Source: a virus
Lineage: Duplodnaviria; Heunggongvirae; Uroviricota; Caudoviricetes
Length of the DNA stretch: 10,773 nt
Strand: one strand, 5' to 3'
IMG/VR virus record: IMGVR_UViG_2681813269_000008
The notes under the pieces are model-generated. The model ran no database searches, had not been told where the DNA came from, and worked only from the letters and a program-made list of their open reading frames with translations. The translations under genes and the position numbers were made by a program. Each line of letters begins with the position of its first letter. Position 1 is the stretch's first letter. This document shows, piece after piece, positions 1 to 6,835 of this stretch.

Positions 1-253
1 GTCTGGCGACAGTGGCAAGGTCTTTATTCAGGAGGGCTTTGCATTCTGCTTCGGTATACGTTTTACCGAGCATGATGTCTTTTCCGGTGTGTCCGTGACA
101 TACAGTCCATACACCAATGATATCTTTGTATGGTATGTAGCTGACACCTTCCAGACCATCGTTACCACCTGGGCCAGTGATTAACACAGATGCTATAGCA
201 ACAGCCCCACCACCAATAGCAGCTGCAACAGCCTTGCGTAATGATGGCGACAT
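1..253 (-). CDS. SAR endolysin (phage 21 R-like lysozyme), N-terminal part only; gene continues beyond the window start
   Basis: Minus-strand translation from the ATG at 253-251 is open to position 1: [84 protein letters not shown]. The Gly/Ala-rich weakly hydrophobic N-terminus is a typical signal-anchor-release domain, followed by a lysozyme-like segment. The start overlaps the holin stop (TAATG). Not in the supplied track because it is truncated. Confidence 0.8.
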   Translation of the reverse strand, partial: MSPSLRKAVAAAIGGGAVAIASVLITGPGGNDGLEGVSYIPYKDIIGVWTVCHGHTGKDIMLGKTYTEAECKALLNKDLATVAR

Positions 254-468
254 TATTCACCTCTCGCAGCCTTACGCTTGTCTTCTCTTATTTTGAAATA
301 CAGATTTGTCAGATAAGTCAGAAGCCCCAGAAGCAGACTTCCCAGCACACCAATCGCAGCCCACTGTGATGGACTGACCTGATCCAACCACTGCAAAAAC
401 CAGTAGCCGGCACTGCCGGCGGAGGTGCCGTAGGCAATGCCTGTTGATATTTTTTCCATCTGATACAT
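253..468 (-). CDS. Class II pinholin (phage 21 S21-like) with dual-start motif
   Basis: 71-aa [74 protein letters not shown]. It has two predicted transmembrane segments and a charged C-terminus, and closely resembles S21 as I recall it. Met1 and Met4 give the antiholin/holin dual start. It sits directly upstream of the SAR endolysin. Confidence 0.85.
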   Translation of the reverse strand: MYQMEKISTGIAYGTSAGSAGYWFLQWLDQVSPSQWAAIGVLGSLLLGLLTYLTNLYFKIREDKRKAARGE

Positions 469-502
469 ATCCCGCCCCCCGACAGACCTGTGCTATCGGA
501 AA

Positions 503-534
503 GAAAAAAGGCCATCAGCAAAACTCTGATGGCC
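503..534 (-). terminator. Predicted rho-independent terminator (minus strand) just upstream of the holin gene
   Basis: Perfect 9-bp stem GGCCATCAG (510-518) / CTGATGGCC (526-534) with a 7-nt loop. On the minus strand the hairpin is followed by a U-run (complement of GAAAAAA at 503-509). Confidence 0.5.
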
Positions 535-579
535 TGAATCACCTTTACCAATATTGTATGAAAAAACACGCACGACTAA

Positions 580-608
580 TTGACAATAATTTTCATTTCC
601 ATTAAAAA
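580..608 (+). promoter_or_regulatory. Candidate sigma70 promoter on the plus strand (TTGACA, 17-nt spacer, TAAAAA)
   Basis: Consensus -35 TTGACA at 580-585, a 17-nt spacer, and a weak -10 TAAAAA at 603-608 in an AT-rich context. It points toward the terminator hairpin at 644-710. Prediction only. Confidence 0.25.
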
Positions 609-643
609 AGATCGCGTAGCATTCTTAATTCATGAGGAACTTT

Positions 644-710
644 ACCCGCCAGCAATCTGAGTAGCGAAAGCTGTTCATCCCCAATGTTTTTGCTGGCGGG
701 TCCTTTTTTC
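644..710 (+). terminator. Long-stem hairpin plus T-run; intrinsic terminator and/or 3' end of a candidate small RNA (plus strand)
   Basis: Perfect 11-bp arms CCCGCCAGCAA (645-655) / TTGCTGGCGGG (690-700) enclose a 34-nt loop with a possible internal GAAA tetraloop stem, followed by TTTTTT (704-709). A second weaker hairpin and T-run lies at about 722-757. Confidence 0.45.
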
Positions 711-1148
711 TACGGTCCTCCTCCCCGGAGGGGGGCATTTCATTATTTTTCTAATCGTTACTGGTGAGAAGGCGGAAGAAAAAGCCAGTTCTTCGCCCCT
801 AAATAACAGCATGATTCCAGTCCATGCAAAATCTGATTTCCAGCTCACACATACCGAGCGCTGTACAAAAAACCGCCAGCCAAGGCAGTTAAGAGTGTGT
901 TCCCGGGGTTTGCTTAGAATATTTTGTAAGTTGTCCGAAGAGATATTTACAACACCAGAATGATGAATCATCAGTCCCCTGCCAGAGGTTCACTACGTAA
1001 CCTGACCGACAATGCACCATTCTGGTGCTGAAAAAAGAGCACTGGAACTGCAACAAAACAACATCACAGAACAGGAGATGGTAAGGAGTCAGACATTCCC
1101 ACACAATATTGTGTCAGTGCAAATAACAACCTTCGTCTCAAATCTCGC

Positions 1149-1223
<75 letters not shown>

Positions 1224-1226
1224 ATA

Positions 1227-1302
<76 letters not shown>

Positions 1303-1304
1303 GC

Positions 1305-1381
1305 TGGCCCACCACCGAGGACTCGAACCTCGCACCGTCAACTTAGAAGGTTGATGCTCTATCCGGATGAGCTAGTGGTGG
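1305..1381 (-). tRNA. tRNA-Arg (anticodon TCT)
   Basis: Minus-strand CCACCACTAGCTCATCCGGATAGAGCATCAACCTTCTAAGTTGACGGTGCGAGGTTCGAGTCCTCGGTGGTGGGCCA. Acceptor stem CCACCAC/GTGGTGG, anticodon stem TCAAC/GTTGA, loop CTTCTAA, encoded CCA. Confidence 0.88.
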
Positions 1382-1382
1382 T

Positions 1383-1459
1383 TGGTGGCCCTTGCTGGAC
1401 TTGAACCAGCGACCTGGCGATTATGAGTCGCTCGCTCTGACCAACTGAGCTAAAGGGCC
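1383..1459 (-). tRNA. tRNA with CAT anticodon, most likely tRNA-Ile2 (lysidine-modified), ileX/ileZ-like
   Basis: Minus-strand GGCCCTTTAGCTCAGTTGGTCAGAGCGAGCGACTCATAATCGCCAGGTCGCTGGTTCAAGTCCAGCAAGGGCCACCA. Anticodon loop CTCATAA. The body resembles E. coli tRNA-Ile2 rather than initiator or elongator tRNA-Met, as I recall them. Confidence 0.85.
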
Positions 1460-1547
1460 GGAGGCAGAATAATAACCATATGTCATCACATCTGCAAACT
1501 CATCTGACCACCAGCACGTTTAACGTCCTGTGCCGTTTTTCAGGTAT

Positions 1548-1573
1548 AAAAAAACCCGCTCATCGGCGGGTTT
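1548..1573 (-). terminator. Predicted rho-independent terminator (minus strand) downstream of the ORF6N-like gene
   Basis: Stem CCCGC (1555-1559) / GCGGG (1566-1570) with a 6-nt loop. On the minus strand it is followed by a 7-U run (complement of the A-run at 1548-1554). Confidence 0.6.
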
Positions 1574-1648
1574 AAGCTGTGTGGCGTAGTAACCACTCTT
1601 AACAGGATATTCAACTTTTTACGATCGTAAAGTTTTCGGAAAAAATTT

Positions 1649-2218
1649 TTAAAACCGCATCAACCGCTCCACCAGTTGCTCTTTACGGGCAACGATCCAC
1701 CCGTGTTGCTCCAGATAAAATTTAAACCGTTCCAGAGTACATACCATCGCATCGGCGGGTACCTTTTCCGTGAACTCAACCTGACCGTGTTTATCGAAGT
1801 GGCTCAGTAATGCGCATCCATCATTTTCGATAGATGTGTTTTGTGCCGCTGGTGGCTGTTTCTGGTTGAAATAACAGTCTTCCAGTTTTTCGAACACTTC
1901 CCACGCCTGATCGGTTTCGAGCATTTTGGCGTGACGGGCTGCGCCACGTTCTGTCCAGAGGATGAGGGAGCGAACGTTACGGGCAATTTTCACAGAAACT
2001 CTTAAAGAGTTTTCGTTCTTCAACTCTCGTAACGCATCACCTTCTATCAGGAAAAAATGTTTACCTTCTATAAACCGTTCTTTGTTTCGATTGAAATTGT
2101 TTGTCAAACGCTGGCGCTCTGTTCCGTACAAATCAGCCAGCAGCTCTGTTGTCATGACAGGAAGATGGTTATGCGTAAGTGACGGGAGTTTTTCAATAGA
2201 CGTGCGATTCATAGACAT
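1649..2218 (-). CDS. ORF6N/KilA-N-like phage DNA-binding (antirepressor-like) protein; start uncertain
   Basis: The open frame runs 1649-2410 (253 aa). The conserved region starts near MSMNRTSIEKLPSLTHNHLPVMTTELLADLYGTERQRLTNNFNRNKERFIEGKHFFLIEGDALRELK...WTERGAARHAKMLETDQAWEVFEKL, which resembles the ORF6N domain by recall. An AAAGGA Shine-Dalgarno sits before the ATG pair at 2218/2212. The 64-codon upstream extension has no protein-like character. Confidence 0.6.
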   Translation of the reverse strand: MSMNRTSIEKLPSLTHNHLPVMTTELLADLYGTERQRLTNNFNRNKERFIEGKHFFLIEGDALRELKNENSLRVSVKIARNVRSLILWTERGAARHAKMLETDQAWEVFEKLEDCYFNQKQPPAAQNTSIENDGCALLSHFDKHGQVEFTEKVPADAMVCTLERFKFYLEQHGWIVARKEQLVERLMRF

Positions 2219-2573
2219 GTCCTTTCGAATATTTTGATTTACCCCTTTTGAGAGGGTGACCGGGCGCTCAAAACCGTCGAAAGTCGGCGGGCGTATTTCC
2301 ATTGCTGGTATTGTATTAGCCGCACACCCGGTCATAAACCAAGAATTCTGGACACAAAAAAACCACATGGCTATCGGGTGTGGATACCGCTTTCGAGGTG
2401 TTTTGAGCACCGCGGGGAAATGTAAACTGCAAACCTGAAACTGTCAACACCGTCAGGTTCCAATCATCGGGTGGTGAGACGCACAGGGTTGGAACTACCG
2501 GGAAACCGACCGGCGAGCTTTTCAGCTCCCCCATGCGCCCCACCATAATTCAGATGTGCGCGTGCATACGACA

Positions 2574-2597
2574 ATAAAAAACACGCTCGCGGCGTGT
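2574..2597 (-). terminator. tR'-like intrinsic terminator downstream of the late promoter (minus strand)
   Basis: Minus-strand ACACGC-CGCGA-GCGTGT hairpin (6-bp stem) followed by TTTTTTAT. It lies about 55-80 nt downstream of the predicted PR' start, as in lambdoid late leaders. Confidence 0.55.
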
Positions 2598-2658
2598 GTC
2601 TGTCGCGGTCTCTATCCGGGGTTCCAATCCCGACGCCAGATTTTGCTGGCGCGTGAGG

Positions 2659-2688
2659 AATATAGCCCCGGACAATGTGTCTGGTCAA
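2659..2688 (-). promoter_or_regulatory. PR'-like late promoter immediately downstream of Q
   Basis: Minus-strand TTGACC (-35, plus 2683-2688), 18-nt spacer, TATATT (-10, plus 2659-2664). It begins 5 bp after the Q stop codon, the canonical lambdoid position for PR'. Confidence 0.55.
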
Positions 2689-2692
2689 GCAC

Positions 2693-3079
2693 CTACATAA
2701 TTCGTTCTACGTATCTGTCCATCTCCAGCCGGATATCAAGCATCATCAACATGCCATCAATAACCCCTTCCGCTTTCTGCAGGCGCTTGCCAATACAGGT
2801 ATCCGAACACCCATGTTTCCGTGCCAGACTCATAAAAGTCATTCCACCTACGTAATAATCCACCAGCAAATCGTGCAAATCCTGATTTTTCTTGTTCAAC
2901 CGGGCCATACAGCCACAAATTATCATTGCATCATCATCAGAACACTGAGGGCGTGATTTCACTTTCGACGGAATTAACCCTTTAAAACCAGCAGCGATCG
3001 ACGCCCAGGATACATCTTCATGAGTGTTTGCAGCCCAAGCCCCCCACCGTTCCATAACCTGCTGAATATCACGCGCCAT
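2693..3079 (-). CDS. Late antiterminator Q (phage antitermination Q family, QuuD/phage 82-like)
   Basis: [121 protein letters not shown] closely resembles QuuD-type Q proteins as I recall them. The track ORF extends to 3100, but the ATG at 3079 has a good AGGTGA Shine-Dalgarno and overlaps the rusA stop. Confidence 0.85.
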   Translation of the reverse strand: MARDIQQVMERWGAWAANTHEDVSWASIAAGFKGLIPSKVKSRPQCSDDDAMIICGCMARLNKKNQDLHDLLVDYYVGGMTFMSLARKHGCSDTCIGKRLQKAEGVIDGMLMMLDIRLEMDRYVERIM

Positions 3080-3440
3080 CGTTATCACCTGTGATTTCAT
3101 AAATCTTCACGCCCAGTCGCCCACCAGGAACGAGCTGACCGCGCACAATATTGATTTCATCAAACTGCTCGTCGTCTATGAGTAGTCCGGCATGCGTCAG
3201 CGCATCCAGTGGTGCTTTCAGGATATTGTCCAGGTCACGACGGCGCTTATCCGGTGGCTCTGCAATAATCTTTATCGCCAGCCTTCCGGACAGGTTTAAT
3301 TTCAGCCGCTGCTGGCGAACAATTAGCGTCACATCACGGCGATAACGCTCACCAACTTTTGATACAAAATATGTGCTGCCACGACGTCGCCAGTAAGTAT
3401 TCACCGTCGGCGGATAAGGTAAAATAAACTCATGGCGCAT
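3069..3440 (-). CDS. rusA: Holliday junction resolvase RusA
   Basis: 123 aa: [21 protein letters not shown]...[31 protein letters not shown]...[11 protein letters not shown]. This matches the RusA hallmark motifs (PPS/TxN, DxRRRDLDN, D/E acidic cluster). The start overlaps the upstream stop (TGATG). Confidence 0.9.
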   Translation of the reverse strand: MRHEFILPYPPTVNTYWRRRGSTYFVSKVGERYRRDVTLIVRQQRLKLNLSGRLAIKIIAEPPDKRRRDLDNILKAPLDALTHAGLLIDDEQFDEINIVRGQLVPGGRLGVKIYEITGDNDGA

Positions 3441-3697
3441 CAGCGCAGCACCTCCTGCACCATTTTTTCAAACTTTCCAACTTTGGTTTCCAGCTCTGCC
3501 ACACAATCAACGAGCTCATCCACCGCTTTTTGTGCGCGATGTTTCGCCTGCATCAGTTCCCTGAGCGCTGGCACCATATCCCGACGAATGGCATCTTTTG
3601 TTACACCTGTTTTTTCCAGTTGTTCCGCCTGTCGCAACATTTCCTGCGCGTGTTTACGCAATTGTTCAGAGGTAAAAGTCATTGTCTGGTTGTTCAA
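3440..3697 (-). CDS. Small hypothetical phage protein, predicted coiled-coil, unknown function
   Basis: 85-codon frame between the helicase and rusA. The 5'-most start is TTG, overlapping the helicase stop; an internal ATG lies at 3682. Charged, heptad-like sequence (EQLRKHAQEMLRQAEQLEK...). No family recognised. Confidence 0.5.
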   Translation of the reverse strand: MNNQTMTFTSEQLRKHAQEMLRQAEQLEKTGVTKDAIRRDMVPALRELMQAKHRAQKAVDELVDCVAELETKVGKFEKMVQEVLR

Positions 3698-5085
3698 AAG
3701 AAACGCTCCATCTTACTGCTGTCGGTACGTGTATTGCTGTATCTGCGCGGCTGGGGCTGCCGCATTGGGGTGGAAAGAACCTGTGCGCTTTCCTGGTCCA
3801 CAGGCAGAAAATGTCCGTTATAAAAACGCCGGTAAATCGTCCCCAGAGAACCGTTACGTTGTTTCGTGATATTAATTTCTGCTATGCCTGTAGCCTGTGT
3901 ATCCGGGTTGTACACTTCATCCCTGTAAAGCATCAGAATGATGTCTGCATCCGCCTCTATTTCTCCGGAATTTTTCAGGTCTGAGTTCATGGGACGTTTA
4001 TTGGGTCTGGACTCCACACCGCGGGAGAGCTGGCTCAGCGCAATCAACGGAAAACCACCGGATTTTGCCAGGCCTTTAAGCCCCTTTGAGATTTCACCCA
4101 CGGCAAGGTCATGACGCCCCGTGGTTCGGGTTTTTATCAGCCCGAGATAATCAACCACCACCAGCGCCGTTTCCGGATGTTTAATCAGATGGTGTTTCGT
4201 TGTTGCGCATATCTCATCAATGGTCAGGTTCGCCTGGTCCACCATCCAGATATTGCGCCCGGTCATCCGCCCCACCCCTTGTGAGAAACGCGCCCAGTCT
4301 TCATCTTCAAAGTGAGCCACAGATTTCAGGCGTGATACTGGCATCCCTCCAGCCGCAGACACCATACGTTCACCAATCTGGATGTTCGCCATCTCCATGG
4401 TGAACAGAAGCACACCATGCCCCTGCTCAGTCACCTTGTCGATGATGTCCAGCGCAAGTTCGGTTTTCCCCATCGAAGGACGGGCGGCAATGAATACCAG
4501 GTCTCCGGGCTCCATACCGCCTGTTTTTGCGTCCAGTTCATCAATACCGGTCATCAACGTCCTGGATTTCTCCAGCCCCTGATTCCGGCATTCAACACGC
4601 TCAACCACTTCCGGAAGCACATCATCAATATGTACCGGCTGAATGACGCCCTTTCCTGTCGACAGTGTGACCATCATGTTCTGCGCATCCTTCAGGGCAT
4701 CTTCAGCTGCTTCACAGGTATGCGCATCACGTAATTTCTGCAGCGCCTCATTCAGTGTTTTTTCTGCATCGCGCAGTGCGGCATTGCGCCGCAACGCTGC
4801 AACATAGTGCTCCAGTGAAGACTTCACCCAGGTTTTACGCCCGGTATCAGTAATCACCGGGGCAAGTTCCGGCATCTCATTACACAACAGCACGGGGTCA
4901 ATCACTCCTGAAACACGGGCCTGTCTGCAGATGCCTGTGTAGATATCCCGATACGCTCGTACAGAAAAAATGTCCGCCGGTAGTGTGATCAGAATATCCA
5001 TCACTTCATGATCTGCCCCACGCAGAAAGAATGCGCCAATGACAGCGCCTTCCAGGTCATCATTACGCCAGACTGGTGTTGTCAT
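3694..5085 (-). CDS. Phage replicative DNA helicase, DnaB family
   Basis: DnaB N-terminal-like region ([13 protein letters not shown]...) and RecA-like C-terminal domain with Walker [10 protein letters not shown], Walker B VVVDYLGL and [20 protein letters not shown]. The ATG at 5085 has a GAGGTG Shine-Dalgarno 9 nt upstream. The track ORF reaching 5145 begins at a GTG inside IS-derived sequence and is an artefactual extension. Confidence 0.9.
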   Translation of the reverse strand: MTTPVWRNDDLEGAVIGAFFLRGADHEVMDILITLPADIFSVRAYRDIYTGICRQARVSGVIDPVLLCNEMPELAPVITDTGRKTWVKSSLEHYVAALRRNAALRDAEKTLNEALQKLRDAHTCEAAEDALKDAQNMMVTLSTGKGVIQPVHIDDVLPEVVERVECRNQGLEKSRTLMTGIDELDAKTGGMEPGDLVFIAARPSMGKTELALDIIDKVTEQGHGVLLFTMEMANIQIGERMVSAAGGMPVSRLKSVAHFEDEDWARFSQGVGRMTGRNIWMVDQANLTIDEICATTKHHLIKHPETALVVVDYLGLIKTRTTGRHDLAVGEISKGLKGLAKSGGFPLIALSQLSRGVESRPNKRPMNSDLKNSGEIEADADIILMLYRDEVYNPDTQATGIAEINITKQRNGSLGTIYRRFYNGHFLPVDQESAQVLSTPMRQPQPRRYSNTRTDSSKMERFF

Positions 5086-5140
5086 GCAGCCACACCTCTG
5101 ATACAAGAACGGTAGCTGGGCCAGTTGAACGACAACCAGT

Positions 5141-5255
5141 ATCACTTAACCCATTACTGGCTTGCTGCCGTAGATATTCCCGTGGCGAGCGATAACCCAG
5201 TGCACTATGCGGATGCCATTCGTTATAATGCTCGAACGCCTCTGCAAGGTTCTTT
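5141..5255 (-). mobile_element. IS2-like internal fragment (3' end of the transposase gene) lacking the terminal inverted repeat
   Basis: The minus strand encodes ...[38 protein letters not shown], matching the C-terminus of the IS2 transposase as I recall it. The same sequence recurs at 10675-10773, where it is preceded by the 32-bp IS2-like terminus that is absent here. Confidence 0.6.
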
Positions 5256-5522
5256 AAAGCCGAAGCTGTCAGAACGGTTCTTGAAAATCAACTTTCGATC
5301 AGTGAAGGCGCTTCCCGATTATCTCTTCCTGAAGGCACTTTAGGACAATGGGTTACCGCCGCCAGAAAAGGGCTCGGTACTCCTGGTTCCCGCACGGTGG
5401 CTGAACTGGAATCTGAAATTCTGCAACTGCGTAAGGCGTTAAATGAAGCTCGCCTTGAGCGAGATATATTAAAAAAAGCAACAGCGTATTTTGCACAGGA
5501 GTCGCTGAAAAATACGCGTTAA
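5256..5522 (+). pseudogene. IS3-family orfA, N-terminally truncated (no start codon)
   Basis: Frame reads ...[89 protein letters not shown], a helix-turn-helix plus leucine-zipper OrfA. An in-frame TAA lies just upstream and there is no ATG. Confidence 0.7.
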
Positions 5523-5557
5523 TCGAACAATGGCGACAACAATTTCCCATTGAAGCG

Positions 5558-6376
5558 ATGTGTCAGGTATTTGGTGTATCCAGGAGCGGTTATTACAACT
5601 GGGTACAGCATGAACCCTCAGACAGAAAACAAAGTGATGAGCGGCTAAAACTGGAGATTAAGGTGGCACATATCCGCACTCGCGAAACATATGGAACCCG
5701 GCGGCTCCAGACGGAGCTGGCAGAGAATGGCATCATCGTTGGTCGTGACCGACTGGCACGTCTTCGTAAGGAGCTAAGGCTACGCTGTAAGCAGAAACGC
5801 AAGTTCAGAGCGACTACGAACTCGAACCACAATCTGCCAGTTGCGCCAAATCTGCTGAACCAGACGTTCGCTCCTACAGCACCAAATCAGGTCTGGGTGG
5901 CGGACCTGACGTATGTTGCCACACAGGAGGGATGGTTGTACCTCGCTGGCATCAAAGATGTTTATACGTGCGAAATTGTCGGCTACGCCATGGGAGAGCG
6001 CATGACAAAAGAGCTGACAGGTAAAGCCCTGTTTATGGCGCTCAGGAGCCAGCGCCCACCTGCCGGGCTAATCCACCACTCTGATCGAGGTTCACAGTAC
6101 TGCGCATACGATTACCGGGTCATACAGGAGCAGTCTGGTCTGAAAACATCAATGTCGCGTAAAGGTAACTGTTACGACAACGCTCCGATGGAAAGCTTCT
6201 GGGGAACGCTGAAAAATGAGAGCCTGAGCCACTATCGTTTTAATAACCGGGATGAAGCCATCTCAGTAATACGGGAATACATTGAGATTTTCTACAATCG
6301 TCAGCGTCGTCACTCTCGTCTGGGGAATATCTCCCCGGCAGCCTTCAGGGAAAAATATCATCAGATGGCTGCTTAA
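5558..6376 (+). CDS. IS3-family transposase OrfB (DDE integrase catalytic domain)
   Basis: 272 aa with the DDE triad context WVADLTY, HHSDRGSQY and CYDNAPMESFWGTLK. The frame is open from the slippery site at 5471, consistent with an OrfAB frameshift fusion. Because orfA is truncated, a functional fusion is unlikely. Confidence 0.85.
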   Translation: MCQVFGVSRSGYYNWVQHEPSDRKQSDERLKLEIKVAHIRTRETYGTRRLQTELAENGIIVGRDRLARLRKELRLRCKQKRKFRATTNSNHNLPVAPNLLNQTFAPTAPNQVWVADLTYVATQEGWLYLAGIKDVYTCEIVGYAMGERMTKELTGKALFMALRSQRPPAGLIHHSDRGSQYCAYDYRVIQEQSGLKTSMSRKGNCYDNAPMESFWGTLKNESLSHYRFNNRDEAISVIREYIEIFYNRQRRHSRLGNISPAAFREKYHQMAA

Positions 6377-6469
6377 AAAAAGAACAAATGGTAGTGTCCG
6401 CTATTGCCAGTACACCTCACACTCTATCCAACAAACCACCCACAGTTAATCGGAATAAAAGCAGAGTGC

Positions 6470-6595
6470 TTATGAATGATCGCACGCCCGAAGGTTAGTA
6501 TTTCTGCACAGCAATTTTGCAAAAAAAGGCGATCATTCATAACTTAAACGTCTTTCAGTCACTCCGGGATTTCCCATCATCGCAGACTGAAAGAC
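6470..6595. repeat. Two adjacent perfect inverted repeats (14-bp arms and 11-bp arms) in the copy-2 flank
   Basis: TTATGAATGATCGC (6470-6483) pairs with GCGATCATTCATAA (6529-6542) across a 45-nt spacer. GTCTTTCAGTC (6550-6560) pairs with GACTGAAAGAC (6585-6595) across a 24-nt spacer. The second ends 6 bp from the tRNA-Gly 3' end. Confidence 0.6.
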
Positions 6596-6601
6596 TCTGA
6601 C

Positions 6602-6676
<75 letters not shown>

Positions 6677-6679
6677 ATA

Positions 6680-6755
<76 letters not shown>

Positions 6756-6757
6756 GC

Positions 6758-6834
6758 TGGCCCACCACCGAGGACTCGAACCTCGCACCGTCAACTTAGA
6801 AGGTTGATGCTCTATCCGGATGAGCTAGTGGTGG
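6758..6834 (-). tRNA. tRNA-Arg (anticodon TCT), copy 2
   Basis: Identical to 1305-1381 (offset 5453). Confidence 0.88.
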
Positions 6835-6835
6835 T

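Larger units (their letters stand above)
5256..6414 (+). mobile_element. IS3-family insertion sequence (possibly IS600-like), 5'-truncated: orfA fragment, frameshift site, orfB and putative right inverted repeat
   Basis: orfA-like frame (5256-5522) and orfB (to 6376) are in the -1 relationship with a slippery A-run plus G at 5471-5478. The putative right end GTGTCCGCTATTGCCAGTACA (ending about 6414) ends in CA as is typical for the IS3 family. The left inverted repeat and first ~11 orfA codons are missing; the left boundary is an abrupt junction with the IS2-like fragment at 5255/5256. Confidence 0.75.

Noticed and set aside
318-569. 83-aa minus-strand ORF overlapping the holin gene in another frame
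   Set aside because: Alternate-frame shadow of the holin coding sequence that also crosses the predicted terminator. No start context.
675-1104. Minus-strand ORFs of 98 and 71 aa, and plus-strand 61-aa ORF 1012-1197, in the tRNA-to-holin interval
   Set aside because: No ribosome-binding sites and compositionally non-protein-like. They overlap predicted RNA hairpins or the tRNA-Gly gene. I interpret the interval as non-coding.
469-1147. Shiga-toxin or other toxin moron between the tRNAs and the holin
   Set aside because: The position is canonical for stxAB, but there is no open reading frame of adequate length or character in either strand.
1383-1459. Calling the CAT-anticodon tRNA as tRNA-Met
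   Set aside because: The body sequence is much closer to enterobacterial tRNA-Ile2 (lysidine-modified CAU) than to initiator or elongator tRNA-Met as I recall them. Confirmation needs tRNAscan-SE isotype models.
2316-2688. Minus-strand ORFs of 76 and 74 aa between Q and the ORF6N-like gene
   Set aside because: The 74-aa frame starts inside the PR' promoter and runs through the tR' hairpin. The 76-aa frame overlaps the unlikely N-terminal extension of the ORF6N-like frame. Neither has a convincing start.
3432-3984. Plus-strand ORFs of 97-145 aa antisense to the helicase, small ORF and rusA genes
   Set aside because: Cys/Ser-rich low-complexity translations lying fully within well-supported minus-strand genes. 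Typical shadow ORFs. The same applies to 4200-4734, 2556-2956, 3151-3345 and their copy-2 equivalents.
5125-5343. 72-aa plus-strand ORF ([12 protein letters not shown]...)
   Set aside because: It lies antisense to the IS2-like transposase 3' fragment and spans the IS2/IS3-family junction. No protein-like features.
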